Positions 28,177 through 38,278 of a stretch of 64,000 bases of DNA are shown piece by piece. The translations under genes were made by a program, and so were the position numbers. This stretch comes from a bacterium. GTDB taxonomy: Bacteria > Patescibacteriota > Minisyncoccia > UBA6257 > 02-FULL-45-10c. The stretch is taken from contig JAJYMK010000003.1 of assembly GCA_021786945.1 (NCBI GenBank), positions 393,471 to 457,470 on the forward strand, written 5' to 3'. The notes below the pieces were generated by a model. The model did not search any database, was not told the origin of the DNA, and was given only the letters and a program-made list of their open reading frames with translations. Position 1 is the first letter of the stretch. Each line of letters begins with the position of its first letter.

Positions 28177-29880
28177 ATGAATAAAGCAGAAAAAATAGAA
28201 AATTTAATAAAAGAAAATGGGAGAGTAAAAAAGGCTTATGACCTGGCTTTAAATTTACATAAAGGCCAAAAAAGAAAAAACGGTGAGCCGTACTTTAACC
28301 ACGTTCTAGCGACAGCTGAAACTATTGCTCAATGGGGCTTAGACGAAACCAGTATAATATCCGGACTTCTTCATGATGTCGTAGAAGACACTGAATATCC
28401 TCTGGAAAAAATAAAAGAACAATTTGGCGACGAAGTAGCTTTTTTGGTTGACGGGGTTACAAAACTAGGAAAAATAAAATATCGCGGCGTCGAAAGACAG
28501 GTAGAAAATCTCAGAAAAATGATGCTGGCTCTAAGCCAAGATTTAAGAGTAATAATAATTAAACTAGCAGACAGACTCCATAATATGCGGACTTTGGCTG
28601 CATTACCGCCACAAAAACAAAAAAGGATAGCCCTAGAAACTTCTGAAATCTACGCCCCCCTCGCCTACAGATTAGGGATGCAATGGATCAGCGGAGAATT
28701 GGAAGACTTGGCATTTCCCTACATTTATCCAAAAGAATACCGCTGGCTAATAGATAATATTAATGAAAAATATGAAGAGCGTGAAACTTACGCGGAAAAA
28801 GCCAAACCGATTCTCAAAAAAATTTTGGAAGACGCCGGAATAGAAGTTCTAAAAATAGATTATCGTGCTAAAAAATACTCCAGCCTTTATAAGAAACTTC
28901 TACGCTGGGACATGGATATCGAAAAAATTTATGATCTCGTAGCCTTGCGGGTAATTGTAAACAATATTGAAGATTGCTATGCAGCATTAGGAACTATACA
29001 TAATAATTGGCCGCCTCTCCCCAATAGAATAAAAGACTATATCGCTCTTCCGAAGCCAAACGGTTACAGAAGTCTGCATACAACTGTTTTTTTTGTGAAT
29101 AATAAAATTACCGAAATACAGATAAGAACAAAAGCTATGCATGATGAAGCAGAAACCGGAATTGCCGCCCACTGGGCCTACGAACTATCAAAAAATACCA
29201 AAACCTACATGGAGGGAAAATCTAGTTTCGCCGATAAACGTGAGTTGCAATGGGTCAACCAGCTAAAAAATTGGCAAAATGAATTTTCCGATCCGGAAGA
29301 ATTTCTTGAATCTCTGAAAATAGATTTTTTTAAAGACAGAATATTTGTGATTACCCCGAAAGGCGAAGTGGTTGATTTACCCGCCGGATCTACTCCGATA
29401 GATTTTGCCTATCAAATCCACAGCGATATCGGTAATAGCTGTGCCGGGGCAAAAGTTAATGGAAAAATAGTTCCTCTAGATTTTCAATTAAGATCCGGGG
29501 ATATAGTTGAAGTGAACACCCAGAAAAACAAAAAACCGTCCGAATCTTGGCTGGATTTTGTTAAAACTACGAATGCTAAAAATCAGATAAAAAGCGGTTT
29601 AAAGGGAAATGTAAAAAAACTGGTTTCCACCGAAATAAAAGGAAGCGATCTTAAAATTACCGTTGAAGATAAAATAGGATTACTTAAAGAAATCACCGCC
29701 GTATTTTCCAGAAATCATGTAAACATAATTTCTATCAATACTATTTCCAATGCACGATTTCCGACATTAAAATTCCGTTGCGATCTTACAACTACCGACA
29801 AAATTGAGAAATTGATACTGAAACTTAAAACTATAAAAGAAATAAAAGAAATAAGTTATCAGCTTTTTAAAACCAATTAA
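28177..29880 (+). CDS. rel: RelA/SpoT-family (p)ppGpp synthetase/hydrolase
   Basis: HD motif LLHDVVED, KLADRLHNMRTL, KPNGYRSLHT, EIQIRT, TGS (DFAY.IH.DIG) and ACT-like tail. Confidence 0.95.
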   Translation: MNKAEKIENLIKENGRVKKAYDLALNLHKGQKRKNGEPYFNHVLATAETIAQWGLDETSIISGLLHDVVEDTEYPLEKIKEQFGDEVAFLVDGVTKLGKIKYRGVERQVENLRKMMLALSQDLRVIIIKLADRLHNMRTLAALPPQKQKRIALETSEIYAPLAYRLGMQWISGELEDLAFPYIYPKEYRWLIDNINEKYEERETYAEKAKPILKKILEDAGIEVLKIDYRAKKYSSLYKKLLRWDMDIEKIYDLVALRVIVNNIEDCYAALGTIHNNWPPLPNRIKDYIALPKPNGYRSLHTTVFFVNNKITEIQIRTKAMHDEAETGIAAHWAYELSKNTKTYMEGKSSFADKRELQWVNQLKNWQNEFSDPEEFLESLKIDFFKDRIFVITPKGEVVDLPAGSTPIDFAYQIHSDIGNSCAGAKVNGKIVPLDFQLRSGDIVEVNTQKNKKPSESWLDFVKTTNAKNQIKSGLKGNVKKLVSTEIKGSDLKITVEDKIGLLKEITAVFSRNHVNIISINTISNARFPTLKFRCDLTTTDKIEKLILKLKTIKEIKEISYQLFKTN

Positions 29881-30980
29881 ACCGTAAAATCGTCTTCAGC
29901 CGTTCCGGAATAAGGCGGTATTTCATCGTGTCTTATTACCATTGGCAAGTCATCGGGATTAGGATCAACAACCCTCTCTTCCAAAAGCTTTTCTTCTTCA
30001 ATGGGTAAATTCAAATTTTCCAGAGGCTTTTCTATTTCCGGCATTTCCGGAACTTTTTCGATTAAATTTTCATGATGTTCTACGACCGGTGCGGTATAAG
30101 CTTCGCGCTCTTTACGCAAAATACTATCGGCTCTTTTCTGAACAAGTTTATCTATAATCCCTTGCAATTCCTCTTTTGAATAAAAATTAATGGTCAATTT
30201 TCCGCCATCACCCTCAGATTGAACCCTTACCTTAGTCCCCAATATTTCCATAAGCTGTTCTTCCAAAGAAGAAATCTCCGGATCGGATTTAGGCCTGAAA
30301 CCAGTTTGGTTAGAAGCCGTACTATCTGCCGGTTTTTCCTTTTTAGTCCTTATTCTGTTTCGTAACTCTCTAACGCTCAAATTATTTAAAACCAAATCAT
30401 CAAAAACAACCTGTTGTTCTTTAATATCAGAAACCATAAGCAAAAGCCTGGCCTGGCTTTCGTTTATCTGTCCCTTAGACAAAGCGTCTTGTGCAAATGT
30501 CGGCAAATTCAAAAGCCTCATTGTATTAGCAACTGATTCCCTGCTCTTACCCATTCTGATAGCAATCTCTCTTTGGGTTAAACCAAATTGTTCCTGAAGT
30601 TTTACATAAGCCCTGGCTGTTTCTAAAGGATTAAGATTTTCTCTCTGAATATTTTCAATAATAGCAAGCTCCAATCTTTCTTTTTCGGTGGGAGCCGCTT
30701 TAATAATGGCCGGCACTCTTTCCAATCCGACAATTTTGGAAGCCATAAGCCTCCTCTCTCCGGAAATAAGCTGATACTCCACATTCGTGCCATTCGCCGA
30801 AGGTGTTTCTATTTTTGTGACAACCAAAGGATGCAAAATTCCATACTCTCTAATTGAGCTGGCTAATTCATTAAGCGCGTCCTGATCGAAATTTTTTCTG
30901 GGCTGATAAGGATTCGGTTTTATTTTTTCAACCTCAATGTGAAAGATTGGTTCCGGACCGTTGCCTTGATTGAATTGCAT
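29877..30980 (-). CDS. parB: ParB/Spo0J partition protein with an acidic C-terminal extension
   Basis: PNPYQPRK.F, ISGERR..A, IENIQRENLNP.E. Start moved to MQFNQ because the longer ORF overlaps tRNA-Leu. Confidence 0.93.
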   Translation of the reverse strand: MQFNQGNGPEPIFHIEVEKIKPNPYQPRKNFDQDALNELASSIREYGILHPLVVTKIETPSANGTNVEYQLISGERRLMASKIVGLERVPAIIKAAPTEKERLELAIIENIQRENLNPLETARAYVKLQEQFGLTQREIAIRMGKSRESVANTMRLLNLPTFAQDALSKGQINESQARLLLMVSDIKEQQVVFDDLVLNNLSVRELRNRIRTKKEKPADSTASNQTGFRPKSDPEISSLEEQLMEILGTKVRVQSEGDGGKLTINFYSKEELQGIIDKLVQKRADSILRKEREAYTAPVVEHHENLIEKVPEMPEIEKPLENLNLPIEEEKLLEERVVDPNPDDLPMVIRHDEIPPYSGTAEDDFTV

Positions 30981-31028
30981 AATATTATTTATTATAATAC
31001 AATAATTCCTGAAAAGATAATTGAAATT

Positions 31029-31114
31029 GCTCGGGTGGCGGAATTGGCAGACGCACACGACTCAAAATCGTGCGGGTTAACCCCATGAGAGTTCGATTCT
31101 CTCCCCGAGCACCA
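31029..31114 (+). tRNA. tRNA-Leu(CAA), CCA encoded
   Basis: GCTCGGG...CCCGAGCACCA, anticodon arm CACGA-CTCAAAA-TCGTG, long variable arm. Confidence 0.95.
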
Positions 31115-31264
31115 AAAAACACTAAAAACACCCTCAAGTTAGGAGTGTTTTTAGATTAAACCACCCAATTTCTAAGAGTAGACAAAATAGCCGTTCTGTG
31201 ATACTATATACCTATAAATAAAGAGTATAATCAACCCCGAAAGGGGTGTTTTTATTCAATAGAC

Positions 31265-31705
31265 ATGAACAGAATATTCAAGAAAATACATAAGTTTTAC
31301 AATAAAACCGCTTCCAAATACAGCCATTCAGCTATAGTGGGTATTTTTGCTATATCTCTATTCATAAATCATACGGCTTTGGCTATTTCAACAAATCCCG
31401 AAACCGGCAAACCGGCAAATCAGATAGAGGTTGAGATCACCGCCTACTCCTCAACAAAAAGCCAGACCGACGAAACTCCTTTTATCGCCGCTTCCGGCAA
31501 AAAAGTTTATGATGGCATGGTAGCCGCCAACTTCCTGCCCTTCGGCACAAAAATAAAAATTCCTGAACTTTTCGGAGATAAAGTTTTTATCGTAGACGAC
31601 AGAATGAATATCCGATATCAAAACAGAGTTGATATCTGGTACGCCAGCACAAATTCAGCTATAAAATTTGGCATCAAAAAAACTATTATTGAAATTGTTC
31701 AGTAA
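31265..31705 (+). CDS. 3D-domain (MltA-like) cell-wall protein
   Basis: TAYSS...QTD.TPFI.ASG, AANFLPFGT, V.DRM, RVDIW, A.KFG. Confidence 0.9.
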   Translation: MNRIFKKIHKFYNKTASKYSHSAIVGIFAISLFINHTALAISTNPETGKPANQIEVEITAYSSTKSQTDETPFIAASGKKVYDGMVAANFLPFGTKIKIPELFGDKVFIVDDRMNIRYQNRVDIWYASTNSAIKFGIKKTIIEIVQ

Positions 31706-32399
31706 TTAAAGAGAGTCCTGCTATTGCCGCAGTTTCGGCTCTCAAAACAAAAGGCGAAAAACTCAGGATCTTTAATTTTTCCTTTTTAGCCAATTTAATT
31801 TCTTCGTTTTCCCATCCCCCCTCCGGACCAACAAAAATCCCTATTTTTTTATATTTTGAAAAATCTATTTTAGATTCCCTTAAAGTTTTTTCGCCTATTT
31901 CAAAAAATATATTTAGATCGTTACCACTAGAATCATCTAAGGCAGATTTAAAATCCAAAGAATCGCTTAAAATAGGCAAAATTCCCCTTCCAGACTGCTC
32001 TGCCGCCTCTTTGATTATCTTCTCTAATCTGTCTCGTTTTAGGCCAAATTTTACGGTTCTAGAGGCAATTACCGGCACTATTCTGACAACTCCTAGTTCA
32101 ACAGCTTTTTGAATAACCAACTCAAAATTTTCTCTTTTTAAAATAGAACAATAAAGGATAACTTCCTGTTTAAGATCTTTGTTATTTTTTTCTGTTTTTA
32201 AAATTTTAAAAACAGCCTCGTTTTTATCCAGGCTCTCGATAAAACATTCAGCTTCATTCATTTTTCCGTCACACAAAATAATTTCGTCTCCCACCTTTAA
32301 ACGTAAAACATTTTTAAGTTGATTTATTAAATCTTTATCTGAAGATTTAATAATTTCATTATCAAAATTGAAATCTCCAAAAAATCTGTTTAAGCGCAT
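31686..32399 (-). CDS. rsmE: 16S rRNA m3U1498 methyltransferase
   Basis: VLRL..GD, QKAVELGV, EAAEQSGR, VGPEGG, LRAETA. Confidence 0.95.
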   Translation of the reverse strand: MRLNRFFGDFNFDNEIIKSSDKDLINQLKNVLRLKVGDEIILCDGKMNEAECFIESLDKNEAVFKILKTEKNNKDLKQEVILYCSILKRENFELVIQKAVELGVVRIVPVIASRTVKFGLKRDRLEKIIKEAAEQSGRGILPILSDSLDFKSALDDSSGNDLNIFFEIGEKTLRESKIDFSKYKKIGIFVGPEGGWENEEIKLAKKEKLKILSFSPFVLRAETAAIAGLSLITEQFQ

Positions 32400-32452
32400 A
32401 GATAAATAATAGCAAACAAAATCCCCTCACTCAAAAGAGTGAGGGGAAATTT

Positions 32453-33013
32453 TTATTTCCTGCCTATTAAACCGCCAGACAAACAGTCGGCTATCGTTTC
32501 CAGAGCCTGTCTGCCGGTATAAACCAGTTTTTCTTTTTCTATCACAGCATAAGCGCCTATGGGATGGACAAACATGGGTAACACTACCCCGCACAACTGC
32601 TTTCCGGTTTTCTTATCTTTCCATTCCTTCGACACCCAGCCCTTAAGCCAGATTCCGCTATTTTGGCTGAATTCAAACAGAACTTCCGGAGCGCCTTCAT
32701 TCTTTATACGGTCAAAATGATTAAGCGACTCCACCAAAACACCGATAACCGGCAATTTCCCCAGCAGATCAAAAATAATCCGCTTGAAAGTATTATTTTC
32801 AAAAAGCCGGCCAACTATGTAGGCCAGTATCAAAAAAACAACTACTTTAAAGGAAAAGTTCATCCAGTTGGATCTAAAAGGATTATATCCAATAGAAAGG
32901 ACAAACCCCCACACCCAATGCAACAAATAAAAAACCATTACCAGCACAAAGGCCAGTAAAAGTCCGTTTTTTAATACGGAAAACTGGGCTTTTATATCAG
33001 CCTTTAAATCCAT
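32453..33013 (-). CDS. DUF502-like membrane protein (divergent)
   Basis: Two N-terminal TMs, KLPVIG.L, V.FEF...G.W..G.V, V.LP...P.G pattern; GGAGGA SD. Confidence 0.55.
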   Translation of the reverse strand: MDLKADIKAQFSVLKNGLLLAFVLVMVFYLLHWVWGFVLSIGYNPFRSNWMNFSFKVVVFLILAYIVGRLFENNTFKRIIFDLLGKLPVIGVLVESLNHFDRIKNEGAPEVLFEFSQNSGIWLKGWVSKEWKDKKTGKQLCGVVLPMFVHPIGAYAVIEKEKLVYTGRQALETIADCLSGGLIGRK

Positions 33014-33031
33014 ATTTCCTCCCCTTATTAT

Positions 33032-33565
33032 CTAAGATTTCTTAGGTTCTAATAAGAACTTTACAATAAAAGCGCTTACAAAAGCAATAACAATCCCACC
33101 GGCAATATCCAGCGGCCAATGAACACCAACGTATATTCTAGCCAAGCCCATTAGTAATAAACTGACTATAAAAATAGCTGACCATTTTTTATAACCTAAA
33201 TAATACAATGAAAAAGCTAACGCAAAATAAAAAGTCATATGGCCCGAAGGGAAAGAAGCTTCCGTAGCGGATTGATTTATTATCGGAACTAAATTTAGTT
33301 CTACAAAAGGCCTAGTTCTGAAAAAAAAGAATCGGAAAGTTTCCGTTAAAATTCCCCTGGACAACAAAACTACCAAAGAGATAAAGCTTAAATTAAATAA
33401 TTTATCTTTTATTTTATTGGAAGAAAAAATAAGAAATAATAATATTAAAATTAATATATAACCCAAATAATCGGCAAAAAATATAGCCGATAAATCAAGA
33501 AGCCGGCTCTTGCCGACTAATTGATGAATAAAATTAAAAATTTGTAAATCTATTGAAAACAACAT
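33032..33565 (-). CDS. PAP2-family phosphatase (undecaprenyl-diphosphatase BcrC-like)
   Basis: R.RPF, SFPSGH, RIYVGVHWP.D. Confidence 0.92.
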   Translation of the reverse strand: MLFSIDLQIFNFIHQLVGKSRLLDLSAIFFADYLGYILILILLFLIFSSNKIKDKLFNLSFISLVVLLSRGILTETFRFFFFRTRPFVELNLVPIINQSATEASFPSGHMTFYFALAFSLYYLGYKKWSAIFIVSLLLMGLARIYVGVHWPLDIAGGIVIAFVSAFIVKFLLEPKKS

Positions 33566-33765
33566 TATCTTCTAACAAATGGGAGTAAACCCAAATATCT
33601 AGCTCTTTTAATGGCCTGGGCCAAAGCTCTCTGGTGTTTGGCACAAGTGCTGGAATATCTCGGATCAACAATCTTTCCCTGTCCGGAAACAAATCTCTTC
33701 AGGATTTCCAAATCCTTGTAATCAATATTTTTTAAGTTTTGTGAGCAGAAAAAACACTGGGACAT
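33565..33765 (-). CDS. rpsR: 30S ribosomal protein S18 (zinc-binding type)
   Basis: CFFC, IDYKD, GKI, CAKHQR.L..AIKRAR..GLLPF. Confidence 0.97.
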   Translation of the reverse strand: MSQCFFCSQNLKNIDYKDLEILKRFVSGQGKIVDPRYSSTCAKHQRALAQAIKRARYLGLLPFVRR

Positions 33766-33786
33766 ATTTTGAATTTAATTAATTAT

Positions 33787-34239
33787 TTAAAATGGTAAAT
33801 CTTCTTCTTTAATTTCTTCGGAATCATCACCTAATTCTATGGTCGGAACCCCCTTTTCTTCTACGACCATTTCTTCTTCGTGCATCGGAGCGGCCGATCT
33901 GGCTGTTCCTGCAGCTTTGGGACCGAGCTGGATTTTTTCGCAAATAATTTCCGTGGTTTTTCTCTTCTGTCCGGACTTATCATCCCAAGTTCTGGTCTGA
34001 AGCCTTCCTTCTACCAAGACAAGGGCTCCTTTTTTGACGAATCGTCCAACGATTTCGGCTTGCTTTCCCCAGACAACCACATTATGAAACTCAGTTTCTT
34101 CTTTTCTGTTTCCCGATTTATCATTCCAAACTCTATTTGTAGCAATGGAAAAATTAACAACCTGAGTACCCGTAGCCGTACTTTTTACTACTGGGTCGGC
34201 GGTAACTCTTCCCAAAACAAAAACTTTGTTTAAATTCAT
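33787..34239 (-). CDS. ssb: Single-stranded DNA-binding protein
   Basis: LNKV..LGR...DP, EGRLQTR.W, acidic tail ending DLPF. Confidence 0.98.
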   Translation of the reverse strand: MNLNKVFVLGRVTADPVVKSTATGTQVVNFSIATNRVWNDKSGNRKEETEFHNVVVWGKQAEIVGRFVKKGALVLVEGRLQTRTWDDKSGQKRKTTEIICEKIQLGPKAAGTARSAAPMHEEEMVVEEKGVPTIELGDDSEEIKEEDLPF

Positions 34240-34240
34240 G

Positions 34241-34657
34241 TTACTTTAAAATTTCTTCCAATTGTTCTTCTAAGGCTTCATTGGTAAGTACCGACTTACC
34301 AGCAGCTTCAGCTTTAGCCGATTTTTTACTTTCGGCTTTTTCGCCTCCCTCTTTTTTCAAAATAGGAGAAGCTATGACCAGAAATCTCAAAACTTCCGGG
34401 TTCAATCTTAAAATTCCGGAAAGTTCTTTAATGTCGGCCGGGTCAGCCTCAAAATTAACATAGCCAAAATAAGCAGAAACGTGCTTCTTAATAGGATAAG
34501 CCAATTTGATGGAATTAACCTGGGACTGATTAGTTACCGAGGCTTTGTGCTGAGCCAATAAATCCAAAACAACCTTTTCGGCAGCCGGATCCTTAAGCAA
34601 AAAAGCTAATTCGTACAATTTCTTTCCCTCTAAATTTTTCATGTTTTTTGTTGACAT
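34241..34657 (-). CDS. rpsF: 30S ribosomal protein S6
   Basis: YEL.F, LAYPIKK...AYF, VLRFL; first gene of rpsF-ssb-rpsR. Exact start uncertain. Confidence 0.9.
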   Translation of the reverse strand: MSTKNMKNLEGKKLYELAFLLKDPAAEKVVLDLLAQHKASVTNQSQVNSIKLAYPIKKHVSAYFGYVNFEADPADIKELSGILRLNPEVLRFLVIASPILKKEGGEKAESKKSAKAEAAGKSVLTNEALEEQLEEILK

Positions 34658-34700
34658 TGGTATATAATTTAACAAATAAAAATGTAATTGGCAAGCACTA

Positions 34701-37700
34701 TTACTCTGATTCCTCTTCGCTTTCTACTACCGGCCTTTTGCCTTTATGAAATTCCAAGCCTGTTCCTACCGGAATTAACCTTCCGATAATGACGTTTTCT
34801 TTTAAGCCTCTTAATTCGTCTACCTTGCCTTCGCAGGCGGCATTGATAAGAACACGTGCAGTTTCCTGGAATGAAGCAGCGGAAAGGAAGCTCTCCGTGG
34901 ACAAAGCAACTTTGGTAATACCCATAAGTTTCTGCATGGCTTTAGCCGGGGTTTTACCAGCTTTCTTGAGGGCTCTGTTAACCTCCAAGAATAACGACTT
35001 CTCAACCACATCGCCCGCAACCAATTCAGAATCACCGGAATCTTTAATCTGAACTCTGGAGAACATCTGCCTAACAATAACTTCAATGTGTTTGTTGTTT
35101 ATAGGAGCACCTTCGCTGAAATAAATCTTCTGAACTTCATTGATGATATACTTCTCGACCTCCTCTCCTCCCCTGAATTCAAATATTTCTTTCAAATCCA
35201 TATTACCCTCACAAAGCTGATCACCCTTCTTGATAATATCTTTTACCTTAACAAACAATGTCGATGTTCTCGGGACCTGATATTCCAAAATATTGTTCTT
35301 CTTTTTCTCTTCCGATTTTACCTTGATAATTTTTACCAAGCCTCTTTCTTCAATTTCTTCAACTACGCCATCTTCCACAGCAATATAAGCTCTGCCTTTT
35401 GGCGGACGGCATTCAAAAATTTCTTCTACTCTAGGCAAACCATGTGTAATATCTGCACCTGCCACACCACCGGTATGGAAAGTTTTCATGGTGAGCTGCG
35501 TACCAGGTTCACCAATTGACTGAGCGGCAATAATACCTACAGCCAAACCAATTTCGGCCGGCTTATCGTGACCCAAATCATTTCCATAACACTTAGAACA
35601 AACACCGTACAAACTCTTACAAGTAATTGGAGATTTAACCTTGACTGATTCAAGTGTTGATTTAGCGATAATTTCAGATTTTTCTTTATCAATAACTTCT
35701 CCGGATTTTACCAAAACTTTACCGTCAACTTTTATATCTTCGGCAGCTGTTCTGGAGTAAAGCTGATTACCATAACCAAATACCTGTCCAACCTCAGAAC
35801 CATCCTTTCTGTTTATTATTATTCCTTCTTTGGTCTTACAATCTTCCTCTTTAATAACTAAATCCTGAGATACATCAACAAGTCTCCTGGTTAAATAACC
35901 AGCTGAAGCTGTTTTCAAAGCAGTATCGGTAGTACCCTTTCTTGCTCCGTGAGTAGAAATAAAGTATTCCAACACGCTGAAACCTTCTTTTAATGAAGAT
36001 TTAATAGGCAACTCAATAAGTTCATTTTTAGGATTTTGCACTAAACCTTTCATACCCATCATTTGAACTGGCTGCGACCATGTACCTCTTGCTCCGGAGT
36101 CGATAATAGAGAAAATAGAATTGTCTTCGGTCATAGCCTGAGGAACTAATTTAGCAATTTTGTCCTTAACTTCAACCCAGATCTTAATAACCCTTGCCCT
36201 TCTTTCGGAATCAGTGAGTAAACCATCTTCGTATTGTTGTCTTACAGCCAAAACATCCTGTTCAGCTTTAGCTATAATTTCAAACTTAGCTTTAGGGGTA
36301 ACCAAATCACTGATAGCCCAAGTAATACCCGATCTTGAAGCATATTCGAAACCAATTTTCTTGATAGCGTCGATATGAAAAGCGGCCACCTCAGTACCGT
36401 AGTTTTTAATAATCTTATAAACAATTTTAGGAAGATATTTTTTGTTTACAACTTCATTTATAAATCCGAAATCTTTCGGCAAGGCAGAATTAAATATCAA
36501 TCTTCCTATGGAAGTTTCTAATTTATTTATTTTTATCAAAGCATTGATGGCGACATAATCCATTTCAAAAGCAAACATGGCTTCTTCTTCCGTGGCAAAT
36601 AATTTACCGGTTCCTTTGGCATTCTTCAAAACTTTAGTGAGATAGTAACAACCCAAAACAATATCCTGAGTCGGAACGGTAATCGGATCTCCTGTAGCCG
36701 GCTTCAATAAGTTGCGGCTGGAAAGCATCATTTCGGAAGCCTCTTTCTGAGCCTCTTCGGAAAGCGGTAAATGGACGGCCATTTGGTCACCATCGAAGTC
36801 CGCGTTAAAGGCGGTACAAACGAGTGGCGGAATTCGTATGGCTAAATCTTCGGTAAGCAAAGGCTTGAAAGCCTGAACACCCAATCTGTGAAGAGTCGGA
36901 GCACGATTAAGCAACACTTTTCTGTCGGCAATAACTTCTTCAAGAATAGCCCAAACTTCCGGAGGAGCCTGTTCAATAAGCCTGTTGGAATTTCTAATAT
37001 TATGAGCTAAACCTCTTTCCAAGATTTTATTAATCACAAATGGCTTGAAAAGCTCCAAGGCCATTTTTTTAGGAAGTCCGCATTCGGAAATCTTAAGATC
37101 TGGACCAACGGCAATAACCGAACGACCGGAATAATCTACACGTTTTCCGAGCAAATTCTGTCTAAATCTTCCCTGCTTTCCCTTCAACATGTCGGCTAAA
37201 GACCTGAGCGGCCTCTTCTGGCTAGACATTTCCTGAGAACCAAAACGAGCGGCATTATCAATCAAAGCATCAACTGATTCCTGAAGCATTCTCTTTTCGT
37301 TGACAACAATCACGTCCGGAGCTTTTAATTCCAAAAGTTTTTTCAAACGATTATTTCTGTTTATGACTCTTCTGTAAAGATCGTTCAGATCGGAAGTGGC
37401 ATATCGCCCTCCATCCAAGGCAACCATCGGCCTCAAATCCGGAGGAAGTACCGGCAATACAGTCATAACCATCCATTCCGGCCTGATATTGTTTTTCAAC
37501 ATCGAAGTCGCAAATTTTAACCTCTTTAAAAGCCTTCTTTCGTCGAGAGGATTTGTAATTACCCCCTTGCTTTCTATTTCTTTTTTGATTTCACCGATAA
37601 TTTTTTCTAAATCAATTTCTTCCAAAATTTTTCTGATGGCTTCAGCGCCGGTCCCGGCTTCAAATACATCGCCGAATCTCCTGGCCATATTATGATAATC

Positions 37701-38276
37701 GGATTCGCCCAAAACAGCGCCAACCTTCAAGCTGTTAAGCATGGACTTTGTTTCGGAAAAACCAGCCTTCAACTGATCCTGATCAACGCCTTCATCGGAA
37801 GCAGTTTTCTTTCTAGATTTATATTCTTTCTCCAATTCTTCCAAAGCTCTTTTCTTATTTTCTTCATTTACAGAAGTAATAATAAAAGCGGCATAATAAG
37901 CAACTTTTTCCACTTTCGGAAGAGGAACATCGAGCATTAAACTGATTTTGGACGGAGCATTTTTCAAAAACCAAATATGAGCAACTGGGGTTGCCAATTT
38001 GATGTGACCCATCCTTTCTCTTCTGACAACGGAACGGGTAACTTCAACACCACATTTGTCGCAGACAATACCTTTATATCTTATTCTTCTGTATTTTCCG
38101 CAATAGCACTCCCAATCTTTTGTTGGACCAAAAATTCTTTCAGAAAAAAGACCGTCTTTTTCCGGACGCTGAGTCCTATAATTGATTGTTTCCGGCTTTG
38201 TTACTTCTCCATAAGACCATTTCAAAATATCTTCAGGAGAGGCAATTTTCAATTTTATAGCTTTAAGGCTTTCCAT
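34701..38276 (-). CDS. rpoC: RNA polymerase beta' subunit
   Basis: [38 protein letters not shown]. Confidence 0.99.
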   Translation of the reverse strand: MESLKAIKLKIASPEDILKWSYGEVTKPETINYRTQRPEKDGLFSERIFGPTKDWECYCGKYRRIRYKGIVCDKCGVEVTRSVVRRERMGHIKLATPVAHIWFLKNAPSKISLMLDVPLPKVEKVAYYAAFIITSVNEENKKRALEELEKEYKSRKKTASDEGVDQDQLKAGFSETKSMLNSLKVGAVLGESDYHNMARRFGDVFEAGTGAEAIRKILEEIDLEKIIGEIKKEIESKGVITNPLDERRLLKRLKFATSMLKNNIRPEWMVMTVLPVLPPDLRPMVALDGGRYATSDLNDLYRRVINRNNRLKKLLELKAPDVIVVNEKRMLQESVDALIDNAARFGSQEMSSQKRPLRSLADMLKGKQGRFRQNLLGKRVDYSGRSVIAVGPDLKISECGLPKKMALELFKPFVINKILERGLAHNIRNSNRLIEQAPPEVWAILEEVIADRKVLLNRAPTLHRLGVQAFKPLLTEDLAIRIPPLVCTAFNADFDGDQMAVHLPLSEEAQKEASEMMLSSRNLLKPATGDPITVPTQDIVLGCYYLTKVLKNAKGTGKLFATEEEAMFAFEMDYVAINALIKINKLETSIGRLIFNSALPKDFGFINEVVNKKYLPKIVYKIIKNYGTEVAAFHIDAIKKIGFEYASRSGITWAISDLVTPKAKFEIIAKAEQDVLAVRQQYEDGLLTDSERRARVIKIWVEVKDKIAKLVPQAMTEDNSIFSIIDSGARGTWSQPVQMMGMKGLVQNPKNELIELPIKSSLKEGFSVLEYFISTHGARKGTTDTALKTASAGYLTRRLVDVSQDLVIKEEDCKTKEGIIINRKDGSEVGQVFGYGNQLYSRTAAEDIKVDGKVLVKSGEVIDKEKSEIIAKSTLESVKVKSPITCKSLYGVCSKCYGNDLGHDKPAEIGLAVGIIAAQSIGEPGTQLTMKTFHTGGVAGADITHGLPRVEEIFECRPPKGRAYIAVEDGVVEEIEERGLVKIIKVKSEEKKKNNILEYQVPRTSTLFVKVKDIIKKGDQLCEGNMDLKEIFEFRGGEEVEKYIINEVQKIYFSEGAPINNKHIEVIVRQMFSRVQIKDSGDSELVAGDVVEKSLFLEVNRALKKAGKTPAKAMQKLMGITKVALSTESFLSAASFQETARVLINAACEGKVDELRGLKENVIIGRLIPVGTGLEFHKGKRPVVESEEESE

Positions 38277-38278
38277 AG

